Assembly (NCBI GenBank): GCA_965238075.1 | Contig: OZ250173.1 | Span: 992,001-1,056,000 of the forward strand | DNA from: Candidatus Entotheonellaceae bacterium | Lineage (GTDB): Bacteria; Tectomicrobia; Entotheonellia; Entotheonellales; Entotheonellaceae | Direction: 5' to 3' | Length of the DNA: 64,000 nt | Shown: positions 51,595-60,293 of the stretch, piece after piece | Position numbering within the stretch: position 1 is the first letter of the stretch | How the letters are laid out: every line of letters begins with the position of its first letter | The notes under the pieces: model-generated | The model's input: only the letters and a program-made list of their open reading frames with translations | Told to the model about the DNA's origin: nothing | Databases searched by the model: none | Program-made: the position numbers and the translations under genes

Positions 51595-52608
51595 TTATAC
51601 CTTGCGCAGCGCCGGCAGCAGTTCGTCCGACAGCAGCCGGATGCTGGACAACGCGGCGGACAGCGGCAGCCCCGCCCAGTGGGTGCGGATAATCAGGTGG
51701 TTCACGTTCAGCTCCTCCCAGTACGGCCGCAATTGCTCGTAGCAGTCGTCGGGGGAGCCCAGAACAAAGCGGTCCTGCAGCAGCGCGTCAAACGCCTGGT
51801 TGAACGACTCGTTGTCCGGCATCGCGTCGTCCTGGCCCCACTTGGCGTAATCCTGATACTTGCCGAACAGGTACGGGCCGGCCACTTCCAGAGCCGTGGC
51901 GCGGTCCTTGGCGCAGAAGACTTCCTTGATCGACGGCAGCTCGCTCGGCAACGGCTTGTTCGCCTTGGCCAGCTCGTTCCGGTACAGCACGAGCTGGCGC
52001 CGCACCGTCTCGACGGTCGAATGCGGGTTGATCATCCACGCATCGCCCAGGCGCGCCGCGCGCCGCACCGCGGCGTCGTTATTGGCGGCGATCCACAGCG
52101 GCGGGCGCGGCTGCTGCACCGGGCGGATGTTCATGCGCACCGCGTCCAGCTTGCACATCTCGTCCTCGTAGGTCACCGCCTCGCCGCACCACAGCCGCTG
52201 TATGACGTCAAGGTACGCCTCGAAGCGCTTCACCCGCTGCCCCTTGCGCACCCCGAAGGCGTCGAACTCCACTTCCCGGTAGCCCAGGCCGACGCCGAAC
52301 ACGAAGTTGCCGCGCGCCAGAATGTCCATCGACGCCACCGTCTCGGCCACGTACACCGGGTTGTGCAGATTGAGCAGCAGCACGCCCATGCCGACGGTCA
52401 TCTCCCCCGCCTCCGCCATCAGCCGCGACAGGAACGGCACGATCTGCAACTGCTTGTTGTTACCCTCGTTAAGGTAGTGCTGACCGGTGAACAGCGAATC
52501 CCAGCCGCGGTCGCGGGCCAGGCGCACCATGGCGTACTGCGCCTCCAGCGCACCCACCATGTCCGTGTCCAGGTACTGCTGGTTGGTGGTAAACAACCCG
52601 ATTTTCAT
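51595..52608 (-). CDS. LLM class flavin-dependent oxidoreductase
   Basis: GQHY, NPVYVAETVASMD, GLGYREVEF, PVQQPRPPLWIAA, RRAARLGD. Confidence 0.9.
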   Translation of the reverse strand: MKIGLFTTNQQYLDTDMVGALEAQYAMVRLARDRGWDSLFTGQHYLNEGNNKQLQIVPFLSRLMAEAGEMTVGMGVLLLNLHNPVYVAETVASMDILARGNFVFGVGLGYREVEFDAFGVRKGQRVKRFEAYLDVIQRLWCGEAVTYEDEMCKLDAVRMNIRPVQQPRPPLWIAANNDAAVRRAARLGDAWMINPHSTVETVRRQLVLYRNELAKANKPLPSELPSIKEVFCAKDRATALEVAGPYLFGKYQDYAKWGQDDAMPDNESFNQAFDALLQDRFVLGSPDDCYEQLRPYWEELNVNHLIIRTHWAGLPLSAALSSIRLLSDELLPALRKV

Positions 52609-52626
52609 GTCTTCATCCTTCGTCCT

Positions 52627-52663
52627 CCCTCTCCCCTGGCGGGAGAGGGTCGGGGTGAGGGGG
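52627..52663. repeat. CCCTCTCCC-type short palindromic repeat
   Basis: CCCTCTCCCCTGGCGGGAGAGGGTCGGGGTGAGGGG; relatives at 54716, 55343, 56601, 56710, 58028, 63472 and 63531. Confidence 0.8.
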
Positions 52664-52669
52664 AAAGGT

Positions 52670-52984
52670 TCACAACCGAACCTCCCCCACGTCCAACTCC
52701 CGGAACCGCCGCAACAACTCCTCCGGCGTCACGCGCCCGATGATGCGGAACAGCGCCCGCCTGCGGTAATATACCACCAGCGCGGGCGTGCCGAAAACGC
52801 CGTGGTCACGTGCCCAAGGCCGGTGCTCGGCCAGCTTGAGGTGCAGCACCGAGACCTGTTGGAAACGCTCCATGCCGCCGAGCATTTGCGCCATGTAGCG
52901 GCTGGCGTCGCAGCCCTCCTGCCAGAAATTGACCAGCACCAGGTCCGGGTACTGCTGCAAGAAGGTTTCCAACTCCCTACTCAT
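52670..52984 (-). CDS. Thioredoxin-fold protein (CxxS)
   Basis: VLVNFWQEGCDAS...HGVFGTPALVVY. Confidence 0.8.
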   Translation of the reverse strand: MSRELETFLQQYPDLVLVNFWQEGCDASRYMAQMLGGMERFQQVSVLHLKLAEHRPWARDHGVFGTPALVVYYRRRALFRIIGRVTPEELLRRFRELDVGEVRL

Positions 52985-54497
52985 GCGCCGCTCCTGCATC
53001 GCCCGCCGCGGCGGACTGGGCGTTATCTGCCGGCTGCCCAGCGAGGTCGGCGCGGGTGATGCCGAGCGTCTTCATGTGCCGGTACAGGGTCACCTTGTGC
53101 ACCCCGAGCAGCCGCGCGGCTTGCGTAATGTTGCCCGCCGCCTGCCGGTAGACGCGTTGCAGGCGCTCCGGCGTCAGGGGCGGCGGCAACCCGTCGTCGG
53201 GCCGCGCAGCCGGCAACAGCAACGGCTGGCTGGCAGCGCCGCTCGGCAACGGCGTGATGAGCGGCGGGCGCGCCGCCTGTGCTTCCTGACGCGCCCGGAC
53301 GTCCCAGCCGCCGGGGGCAAAACGCGAGCGCTCCGCCACCCACTCGTCGAAGGCGCGGCGTCCGATCACCTCCGTCGACGTCTCGACGTACACCCGCTCC
53401 AGCACGTTGCGCAATTCGCGCACGTTGCCCGGCCAGGCATAGGCTTGCAGCAGCGCCACGGCCTCCGGGGTGAGGCGACGCACCTGCCGGGCGTACTTGG
53501 CGTTGAGCAGACGCAGGAAGTGCTCCACCAGCAGCGGCACGTCGTCGAGGCATTCGCGCAGCGGCGGCATGTGGATACGCAGCACCTCCAGCCGGTAGTA
53601 CAGGTCGGCGCGAAAGCTGCGGGCTTGCACCGCCTGCTCCAGCGAAACGTTGGTGGCCGCCAGCAGGCGCGCGTCCACCCGCACCTGGCGCTCGCCGCCC
53701 ACCCGCTCGATGACGCCCTCCTCGAGCACCCGCAGCAGCTTGGCCTGCAGCCGCGGGGGAATTTCGCCGATCTCGTCGAGGAACAGGGTGCCCTCGTGCG
53801 CCCGCTCGAAGCGCCCGCGGTGCGAGCGCACGGCGCTGGTAAAGGCGCCGCGCTCGTGGCCGAACAATTCGGATTCCAGCAGCTCCTCGGACAACGCCGC
53901 ACAGTTGACGGCGATGAAATCGCGCCCGCGCCGCTTGCTGTGGTCGTGCAGGGCTCGGGCGGTCAGTTCCTTGCCGGTGCCGGTCTCGCCGGTAATCACC
54001 ACCGGGGCATCGGCGGGGCCGTATATTTCGATCTTGCGCCACACGCCGCGCAGCACCTCGGAGCGCCCCATCAAGCCGCTGAAGCCGCTGATGCGGTCAT
54101 CGGCAGGCGAGCGCGCCCAGCCCGGCGCCTCCTCCAGCCGAATGGCGATCCGCACGCGGGCGTCCGGGAAGGTCTCGGGATCGCGGGAAGCGCGGATCAA
54201 CACCGCATGGTCGATGCCGTCATGGTCGGTCAGCGAGACGCGGTAATCGCGCACCGGCAGGCCGGAGTCGAGCACCTGCTCGACCACCGTGGACAGGGCG
54301 GGAATGGCGTCGTCAAACGCCGCCGCCAGCGCGCAGCCATCGAACGACGCGGCGGAACGCCCCAGCCAGGCGGCCAGTTGCGGGGTCACTGCCTCGACCA
54401 CCGGCTCGTCCCCGGGCCGCACCGACACCAGCAGTCCCGGCGCCACCGGCGCGGGCCACAGTACGGTGTCGTGCGTGGAAGCAGAATCGGTCTCCAT
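52977..54497 (-). CDS. Sigma-54-dependent transcriptional activator (PAS-like, AAA+, Fis HTH)
   Basis: GETGTGKE, ESELFGHERGAFTSA, LFLDEIGE, WPGNVREL, AARLLGVHKVTLYR. Confidence 0.92.
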   Translation of the reverse strand: METDSASTHDTVLWPAPVAPGLLVSVRPGDEPVVEAVTPQLAAWLGRSAASFDGCALAAAFDDAIPALSTVVEQVLDSGLPVRDYRVSLTDHDGIDHAVLIRASRDPETFPDARVRIAIRLEEAPGWARSPADDRISGFSGLMGRSEVLRGVWRKIEIYGPADAPVVITGETGTGKELTARALHDHSKRRGRDFIAVNCAALSEELLESELFGHERGAFTSAVRSHRGRFERAHEGTLFLDEIGEIPPRLQAKLLRVLEEGVIERVGGERQVRVDARLLAATNVSLEQAVQARSFRADLYYRLEVLRIHMPPLRECLDDVPLLVEHFLRLLNAKYARQVRRLTPEAVALLQAYAWPGNVRELRNVLERVYVETSTEVIGRRAFDEWVAERSRFAPGGWDVRARQEAQAARPPLITPLPSGAASQPLLLPAARPDDGLPPPLTPERLQRVYRQAAGNITQAARLLGVHKVTLYRHMKTLGITRADLAGQPADNAQSAAAGDAGAAHE

Positions 54498-54778
54498 GGC
54501 TTGTCCTGTCGGGTTTCCCTTTGGGGCGTTAGGGTGAGGGGGGCCTCGGCCCGCATCATAGCAATCGGCGCCGAACGCGCGCAAACGAAACCAGCTCAGG
54601 GAGATTTGGAACTGAGCCCCTGTCCGGTTTATGAACATCCTTGACTTCTACCCTCAAGGGAAGCATCTGCTCTCGTGTAGAAATGGTGAAACTGAGAAAC
54701 GATGACGGGGTTTTTCCCCTCTCCCCTGGTGGGAGAGGGGACAAGAGGAAAGGATACGTTGGCCGTGCCTTAACCGAC

Positions 54779-55441
54779 TCACTGCTCCAGGCAATACAAA
54801 TGCGCCAGATAGTCGCACCTTCCCGGAAACACGCCGCTACGCGACCAGGCCGGCGTGGCCATGTCCACCGCGCCCCACCAGCCGCCGTCGTAGCGGCGGC
54901 GTGAGGTCCAGTCGGCGCAGGTGGGCGACAGGGCCCGGCCGGCGGTGGTGGTGGCGGTGCGGGCGAGGAACGGCGAGGCCACGGCGGCGCCGTATTCCGT
55001 GCGGTCGATGGGGTGGGCGAGGTCGCCGTCCGTCAGATCGTCGTAGTTGTCGGCCACCCGGATGCCGCCCGGCATGGCGTAGGGCACGTTCCTGTGGGCA
55101 ATGCGGGCGCCGGCCGGCTCGGCGGCGGTGGACAGCCAGGCGCGGAACACGCCGGGCAGTCCGGCTTCGCGCGCCGCCGCCTGACAGCGCGCGTCGGCGC
55201 CGGCCAAGCCGCCGAAATTGCCCTGGAAAGCGCCCTGGGTGACGAAGACGAGCACCGTCTCCTGACACGCCGCCGGGCGCGGAATGCCAATCGCCACCGG
55301 GCAGTCGGCTTCTTCCGCAACCGCCGCACCACGGGGTGTTTTTCCTCCCCGCTCCTCTTGCGGGAAAGGGTCAAGGGGAGGGGAGCTTACCAACAACACC
55401 GCTGCCAGGAAACCTGCCGCTGTCACCAACCCGTGCCGCAT
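54779..55441 (-). CDS. DUF1554/endostatin-like exported protein
   Basis: VFVT...GNFGGLAGADARCQAAA...FRAWLS...CADWT...C...HLYCLEQ. Confidence 0.8.
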   Translation of the reverse strand: MRHGLVTAAGFLAAVLLVSSPPLDPFPQEERGGKTPRGAAVAEEADCPVAIGIPRPAACQETVLVFVTQGAFQGNFGGLAGADARCQAAAREAGLPGVFRAWLSTAAEPAGARIAHRNVPYAMPGGIRVADNYDDLTDGDLAHPIDRTEYGAAVASPFLARTATTTAGRALSPTCADWTSRRRYDGGWWGAVDMATPAWSRSGVFPGRCDYLAHLYCLEQ

Positions 55442-55489
55442 CCTTGTTTCCCCCGTCTTCCTGTGCCGAGGCGTCGGATTGAGCGGAAT

Positions 55490-55519
55490 GTCGGATTACG
55501 CTGCGCTAATCCGACCTAC
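55490..55519 (-). repeat. GTAG-type REP palindrome
   Basis: Reverse complement GTAGGTCGGATTAGCGCAGCGTAATCCGAC, identical to the copy at 57418. Confidence 0.85.
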
Positions 55520-55532
55520 ATGTTTACATGCT

Positions 55533-56555
55533 CTACGCCGCGGCGCGAAAGGTGGCGATAAACTGCTGCCACTCGGCCTCCGACGCACCTTCGGGCACCG
55601 GCGCGTAGATCGACAGCCGGTGCAGCACGCCCTCGTAGCGCTGCCGCAGCTTGGCGGCCAGCTCGCCGGGCGGCGCCACGATGGCCACCGCCTCCAACAG
55701 CTCGTCCGGCACCCGACGGCCCATTTCGTCAAAATCCCCTTGGCGCATCAGCCGGTTCAATTCATCACCCAGGGCGCCGCAGCCGTGGTAGTCCAGCATC
55801 ACGCGATAGCTCGGCGTCGAGCCATAGAAGGCGATCTGCTGCCGCGCCTTCGCCGCCGCCTCGTCCATCTCCGCCTGCGTGTCGCCCGTCACCGCCATCA
55901 CCGGTGCGTACAATTCCAGCGCCGCGGCGTCGCGCCCGCTGCGCCGCGCCCCGTCCGCCAGCGCCGGGCGCACCACGTCCTGCAGGTAGCCCACCGAGTG
56001 CATGGGGTGCACGTGCAGGCCGTCCGCCACCTCGCCCGCCACGCGGCACATGCGCGGGTTCACGCCGGCCACGTACACCGGGATGTCCGGGTGCTCAATC
56101 GGTCCGGCGTTGAAGAATTGGTTGATGAGCTTGAACTGGTAAAACGGCCCCTCGTAGCGTGGCCGCGTATCGTTCTGGAAGGTGTCCCAGATAGCGCGCA
56201 GGCAGCGCACGTAATCGGTGAGGCGCGCCGCCGGGTGGTCGAACGGCATCGAATAGCGCCGCTCAACGTGCGCCCGCACCTGCGTGCCCAGCCCGAGGTG
56301 AAAGCGCCCGCCGCTGCCGCGCTGCAGGTCCCACGCCGCCTGCGCCACCGCAAACGGGCTGCGCCCGAAGGCCACCGTGATGTTCGTCCCCAGTTGCAGC
56401 CGCTCGGTAGCGGTCGCCGCCAGGGCCAGCGGCAGAAACGGGTCGTGCTTCGCCTCGAACGTCCAGGCGCCGTCGAACCCCATGCGCTCCAGGCGTTGCG
56501 CGTCCGCCGCAACGTTCCCGGAAACCCCGCCGCCGATCTGCGTGTCGATTTTCAT
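55533..56555 (-). CDS. LLM class F420-dependent oxidoreductase (TIGR03617-like)
   Basis: EAKHDPFLPLA, VAFGRSP, GLGTQVRAHVERRYS, VHPMHS, FYGSTPSY. Confidence 0.9.
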   Translation of the reverse strand: MKIDTQIGGGVSGNVAADAQRLERMGFDGAWTFEAKHDPFLPLALAATATERLQLGTNITVAFGRSPFAVAQAAWDLQRGSGGRFHLGLGTQVRAHVERRYSMPFDHPAARLTDYVRCLRAIWDTFQNDTRPRYEGPFYQFKLINQFFNAGPIEHPDIPVYVAGVNPRMCRVAGEVADGLHVHPMHSVGYLQDVVRPALADGARRSGRDAAALELYAPVMAVTGDTQAEMDEAAAKARQQIAFYGSTPSYRVMLDYHGCGALGDELNRLMRQGDFDEMGRRVPDELLEAVAIVAPPGELAAKLRQRYEGVLHRLSIYAPVPEGASEAEWQQFIATFRAAA

Positions 56556-56600
56556 GGAATATCCTCTGGTATTTTGCGTTTCGGGTAAAATGTTCCGGCT

Positions 56601-56747
56601 CCCCTCACCCCGCCCCTCTCCCACCAGGCGAGAGGGAGTAAAACTTTTCCGTGGGGGGAGACCAGCCTTTGGTCCCTAACGCCCTTCGCAGGGGAGGCCA
56701 ACCCTCTGATCCCCTCCCCCCTCCCGGGGAAGGGTTAGGGAGGGGGG
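56601..56747. repeat. Pair of CCCTCTCCC-type palindromic repeats
   Basis: Copies at 56601-56638 and 56710-56747 in opposite orientation. Confidence 0.7.
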
Positions 56748-56781
56748 CACCCGCCCCAAAAAAATCGACAAGGAGCTTACC

Positions 56782-57399
56782 ATGTCCGCCCGGCCGACAC
56801 GCCTGGATTTCTATTTCGACATCATGTGCCCCTGGGCCTACCAGACCTCCAAATGGATTCGCGACGTGCGCGAGCGCAACGGCCTTGAAATCGCCTGGAA
56901 ATTCTTCAGCCTGGAGGAAATCAACCGCCCCGAGGGCAAGAAGCATCCCTGGGAGCGCCCGTGGTCCTACGGCTGGTCGCTGCTGCGCGTCGGCGCCCTG
57001 CACGAGGACGGCAAAAAAGTCCACCTGCCCGACGGCGCCCGGCAGGTGCTGGCCGACATGGGCCTCGACCCGCAACTCGTTGACGTCGCCATCGCCGACG
57101 ACACCACCCATGACGACGTGCGCGCCGACCACGACGCCGTGGTGCAGCGCGGCGGCTTCGGCGTGCCCACCCTGGTGTTCGACGACGGCACCGCGCTGTT
57201 CGGCCCGGTCATCACCCCGGCGCCCAGCGGCGGCGACGCCATGCGCCTGTGGGACCTCACCGTCGGCTGGGCCGCCTTCCCGCACCTCTACGAACTGCGG
57301 CGCCCCAAGACCGCCGCCGATCAAGCCCACGTCGACGCCCAATTCGCCCCCTATTTCGACGCCCGCGACTGGCGCACCATCAGCCATCCGGCGCCGTGA
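56782..57399 (+). CDS. DsbA-family (Rv2466c-like) thioredoxin-fold protein
   Basis: DFYFDIMCPWAYQTSKWI, GGFGVPTL, FGPVI, LYELRR. Confidence 0.85.
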   Translation: MSARPTRLDFYFDIMCPWAYQTSKWIRDVRERNGLEIAWKFFSLEEINRPEGKKHPWERPWSYGWSLLRVGALHEDGKKVHLPDGARQVLADMGLDPQLVDVAIADDTTHDDVRADHDAVVQRGGFGVPTLVFDDGTALFGPVITPAPSGGDAMRLWDLTVGWAAFPHLYELRRPKTAADQAHVDAQFAPYFDARDWRTISHPAP

Positions 57400-57417
57400 A
57401 CACGCAGGTCGGATCCA

Positions 57418-57447
57418 GTAGGTCGGATTAGCGCAGCGTAATCCGAC
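57418..57447 (+). repeat. GTAG-type REP palindrome
   Basis: GTAGGTCGGATTAGCGCAGCGTAATCCGAC; degenerate copies near 57988, 58171 and 58872. Confidence 0.85.
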
Positions 57448-57564
57448 CTGCAGCCTGATGCAGAAAGGCTCTAATCCACCAAAGCGGTCGCGTTTTCCGT
57501 TTTTCAGGCTATAGTAACGTGCCGGACAGACGACGCGGTGCCAAGAGTTGAGGGGAGGGAAATC

Positions 57565-57981
57565 ATGATCGGCCACACCATTACCGTCATCGCCGCGGTT
57601 ATTGCGCTGAACGTCATCTTGGGCGGGCTGTTGATCAGCACGATGAACAGCCGGTTCAATGATTTTGTCAATGTGTTCAACAGCCGATTCGAATCAATCG
57701 AGAGCCGGCTCGAATCAATCGACGGCCGGTTCGAGACCCTCAACGGTCGGTTCGATTCTCTCAGCCAAACCGTCAACAGCCAGCTCGAAGCCGTCAACGC
57801 CCGGTTTGACGACGTCAACAGCCGGTTCGACGCGCTAGACAGGCGCTTCGACGCCCTGGAGAGAAACATCGCACGGCTGGGAGACCTCATCTCGAACAAC
57901 GGCCAACGCATCTCCCGGCTTGAAATCGCCTCCGGCACGCCGGAGGCGCAGGAGCCGGACGACGCCTCGCCGCCCGAGTGA
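57565..57981 (+). CDS. Membrane-anchored coiled-coil protein with RF(D/E) heptads
   Basis: N-terminal hydrophobic helix, then SRFND, SRFES, GRFET, ARFDD, RRFDA; GGGAGG RBS. Confidence 0.75.
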   Translation: MIGHTITVIAAVIALNVILGGLLISTMNSRFNDFVNVFNSRFESIESRLESIDGRFETLNGRFDSLSQTVNSQLEAVNARFDDVNSRFDALDRRFDALERNIARLGDLISNNGQRISRLEIASGTPEAQEPDDASPPE

Positions 57982-58330
57982 CCGACTTAGCCGGACTAGC
58001 GAAGCGTAATCCGAACATTCCACTTATCCCCCTCACCCCGGCCCTCTCCCACCAGGGGAGAGGGAGCAAATCCCCTTCGTGGAGAAGATTAGTGGTTTGT
58101 ACCTCTGATTCCCTCCCTCCTTTGCGTTTGCACCACTGATCCCCTCCACGGGGGCGTGAACACAGATCGCATTAGCGCAGCGTAATCCGTCATTTCCGCA
58201 ACGGCCCCCCACGCCGCAAAGCGCACTCGCCGATTCAGCCGCCGGCGCCACCCGGCCCGGGCACCATCCAGGCCGAAATACCCGCGCTTCGTGATACAAT
58301 CCTTCACAATCCTGAAACGCTGGAGGACCT

Positions 58331-58813
58331 ATGCGGAAAATATGGAATTGGACCAAAGACAACGCAGGTCCCATCACGGTGACCATCGCCATCCTCGGCG
58401 GGTTCGCCGCCATCATCCAATTCAGCGTCGTCAGACCCATGCACCAAGGCTTCGACGCCGTCAACCGGCGCATCGACGACCAGATCACGTACATCCACCA
58501 GCACTTCGACGACCAGAACATATCGATCAACCAGCGTTTCGACGACCAGAACAGATCGATCAACCAGCGTTTCGACGCCGTCCACCAGCGCTTCAACGAC
58601 CAGAACCGATCAACCAGCGTTTCGACGACCAAGACAAGTACATCAACCAGCGCTTCGACGCCCAGCGCTTCGACGCCCGGACGCATCGAGGACCTCGTTA
58701 AAGATTTCTCTGAACTCCGCAAACTCAGCGACCGCGTCACCCGCAACGAAACACGAATCGACACCCTCACCGAGCAATTGCAGACCGCCGACGCACCCTC
58801 GCCCCCGGATTGA
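58331..58813 (+). CDS. TM plus NQRFD coiled-coil protein, copy 1 (two compensating frameshifts)
   Basis: GGAGG RBS; MRKIWNW...TM...NQRFDDQ repeats; a Ser/Thr stretch is the repeat read out of frame. Confidence 0.7.
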   Translation: MRKIWNWTKDNAGPITVTIAILGGFAAIIQFSVVRPMHQGFDAVNRRIDDQITYIHQHFDDQNISINQRFDDQNRSINQRFDAVHQRFNDQNRSTSVSTTKTSTSTSASTPSASTPGRIEDLVKDFSELRKLSDRVTRNETRIDTLTEQLQTADAPSPPD

Positions 58814-59068
58814 GTCCGGGGCAGGCTCTGATCCTGTCCACGACCCCATCCTGAATCTGCGGGTCGGAAATGCAGGTCGGATTAGCCGCAGGCGTCATCC
58901 GACTTCCGCACCGTCCCCCCATCCGACTTCCGCACCGTCCCCCCCCCCACGCCGCCACGCGCCCTCGCCGATTCAGCCGCCGGCGTCATCCGGCCCGGGT
59001 GCCATCCAAGCCGAAATACCCGCGCTTCGTGATACAATCCTTCACAATCCTGAAACGCTGGAGGACCT

Positions 59069-59825
59069 ATGCGGAAAATATGGAACTGGATCGAAGACAA
59101 CGCAGGTCCCATCGCGGTGACCATCGCCATCCTCGGCGGGTTCGCCGCCATCATCCAATTCAGCGTCGTCAGACCCATGCACCAAGGCTTCGACGCCGTC
59201 AACCAGCGCATCGACGACCAGATCACGTACATCCACCAGCACTTCGACGACCAGAACATATCGATCAACCAGCGCTTCGACGACCGAACAGAGATCAACC
59301 AGCGTTTTGACGCCGTCAACCACCGTTTCGACGCCGTCAACCAGCGTTTCGACGACCAGGACGATCAACCAGCGTTCCGGACGCCATCCAAGCCGAAATA
59401 CCCGCGCTTCGTGATACAATCCTTCACAATCAACCAGCGAAAATTGGACGCCGTCAACCAGCGCACCAAGGCTTTCAACCAGCGCATCGACGACCAGATC
59501 ACGTACATCCACCAGCACTTCGACGACCAGAACAAATCGATCACCAGCGCTTCAACGACCAGAGCGTTTCGACGACCAGAACAGATCAATCAACCAGCGC
59601 TTTGACGCCGTCAACCAGCGCTTCAATGACCAGAATAAGTACATCAGCCAGCGTTTCGACGCCGTGGACCAGCGCTTCGACGCCCAAGACAGACGCATCG
59701 AGGACCTCGTTGAAGATGTCTCTGCACTCCGCAAACTCAGCGACCGCGTCACCCGCAACGAAACACGCATCGACACCCTCACCGAACAGTTGCAGACCGC
59801 CGACGCACCCTCGCCCCCGGATTGA
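59069..59825 (+). pseudogene. TM plus NQRFD coiled-coil protein, copy 2 (frameshifted or mis-assembled)
   Basis: Frame closes at 59605 while the conserved C-terminus RIEDLV...ADAPSPPD continues in another frame to 59825. Confidence 0.65.
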
Positions 59826-59998
59826 GTCCGGGGCAGGCTCTGAACCTGCCCGTAACCCCACCCACATAAGTTTCCCGCCCGTCGCATTTAATGCTTGCAC
59901 CACCCCACCGCCTGCCGTTAAGATATCCGCCTTGTACCTCCGACACCGGCTTGCAGCGGCGAGCCGCCTCACCTGCGGGAATCCCATGTCTACGGACT

Positions 59999-60144
59999 AC
60001 GGGGCTTGTTATCGTAAATCGACTTCGGTATTGTTGACCACCTTAACGGACTGCAGGGGGCCGGTTGGTCGCACGGGCTGCCTGCGGACGTTTCGTTTTC
60101 CTGAATCACGGGGCTTGTCAATGCCAGTCAACTTCGGTATGGTT
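59999..60144 (+). promoter_or_regulatory. Two duplicated sigma70-type promoters
   Basis: TTGTTA(60006)-17-TATTGT(60029) and TTGTCA(60115)-17-TATGGT(60138), both inside ACGGGGCTTGT...ACTTCGGTAT.GTT. Confidence 0.65.
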
Positions 60145-60293
60145 AGCCGCCTGACGCTTTGGCAGGGGTGCCAAGGCAGCCCGCACGCAGTACGATTCGC
60201 CAAAGCGCGCGGCGAGCGTTCACGATTCGGGGCCTTCACCGCTGGGGCTTCCGGGGTACCGGCAAACAGTTCTGCTTGAGAGGAGGGTTCTGG

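Larger units (their letters stand above)
58205..59845 (+). repeat. Tandem duplication (offset 738 bp) of an NQRFD-repeat gene unit
   Basis: Upstream region, 5' coding part and 3' end all recur (ATG at 58331 and 59069; stops at 58813 and 59825). Confidence 0.9.

Noticed and set aside
58331-59825. Diversity-generating retroelement or CRISPR interpretation of the duplicated repeats
   Set aside because: No reverse transcriptase in the window, the differences include many indels rather than an adenine-specific substitution pattern, and there is no repeat-spacer periodicity.
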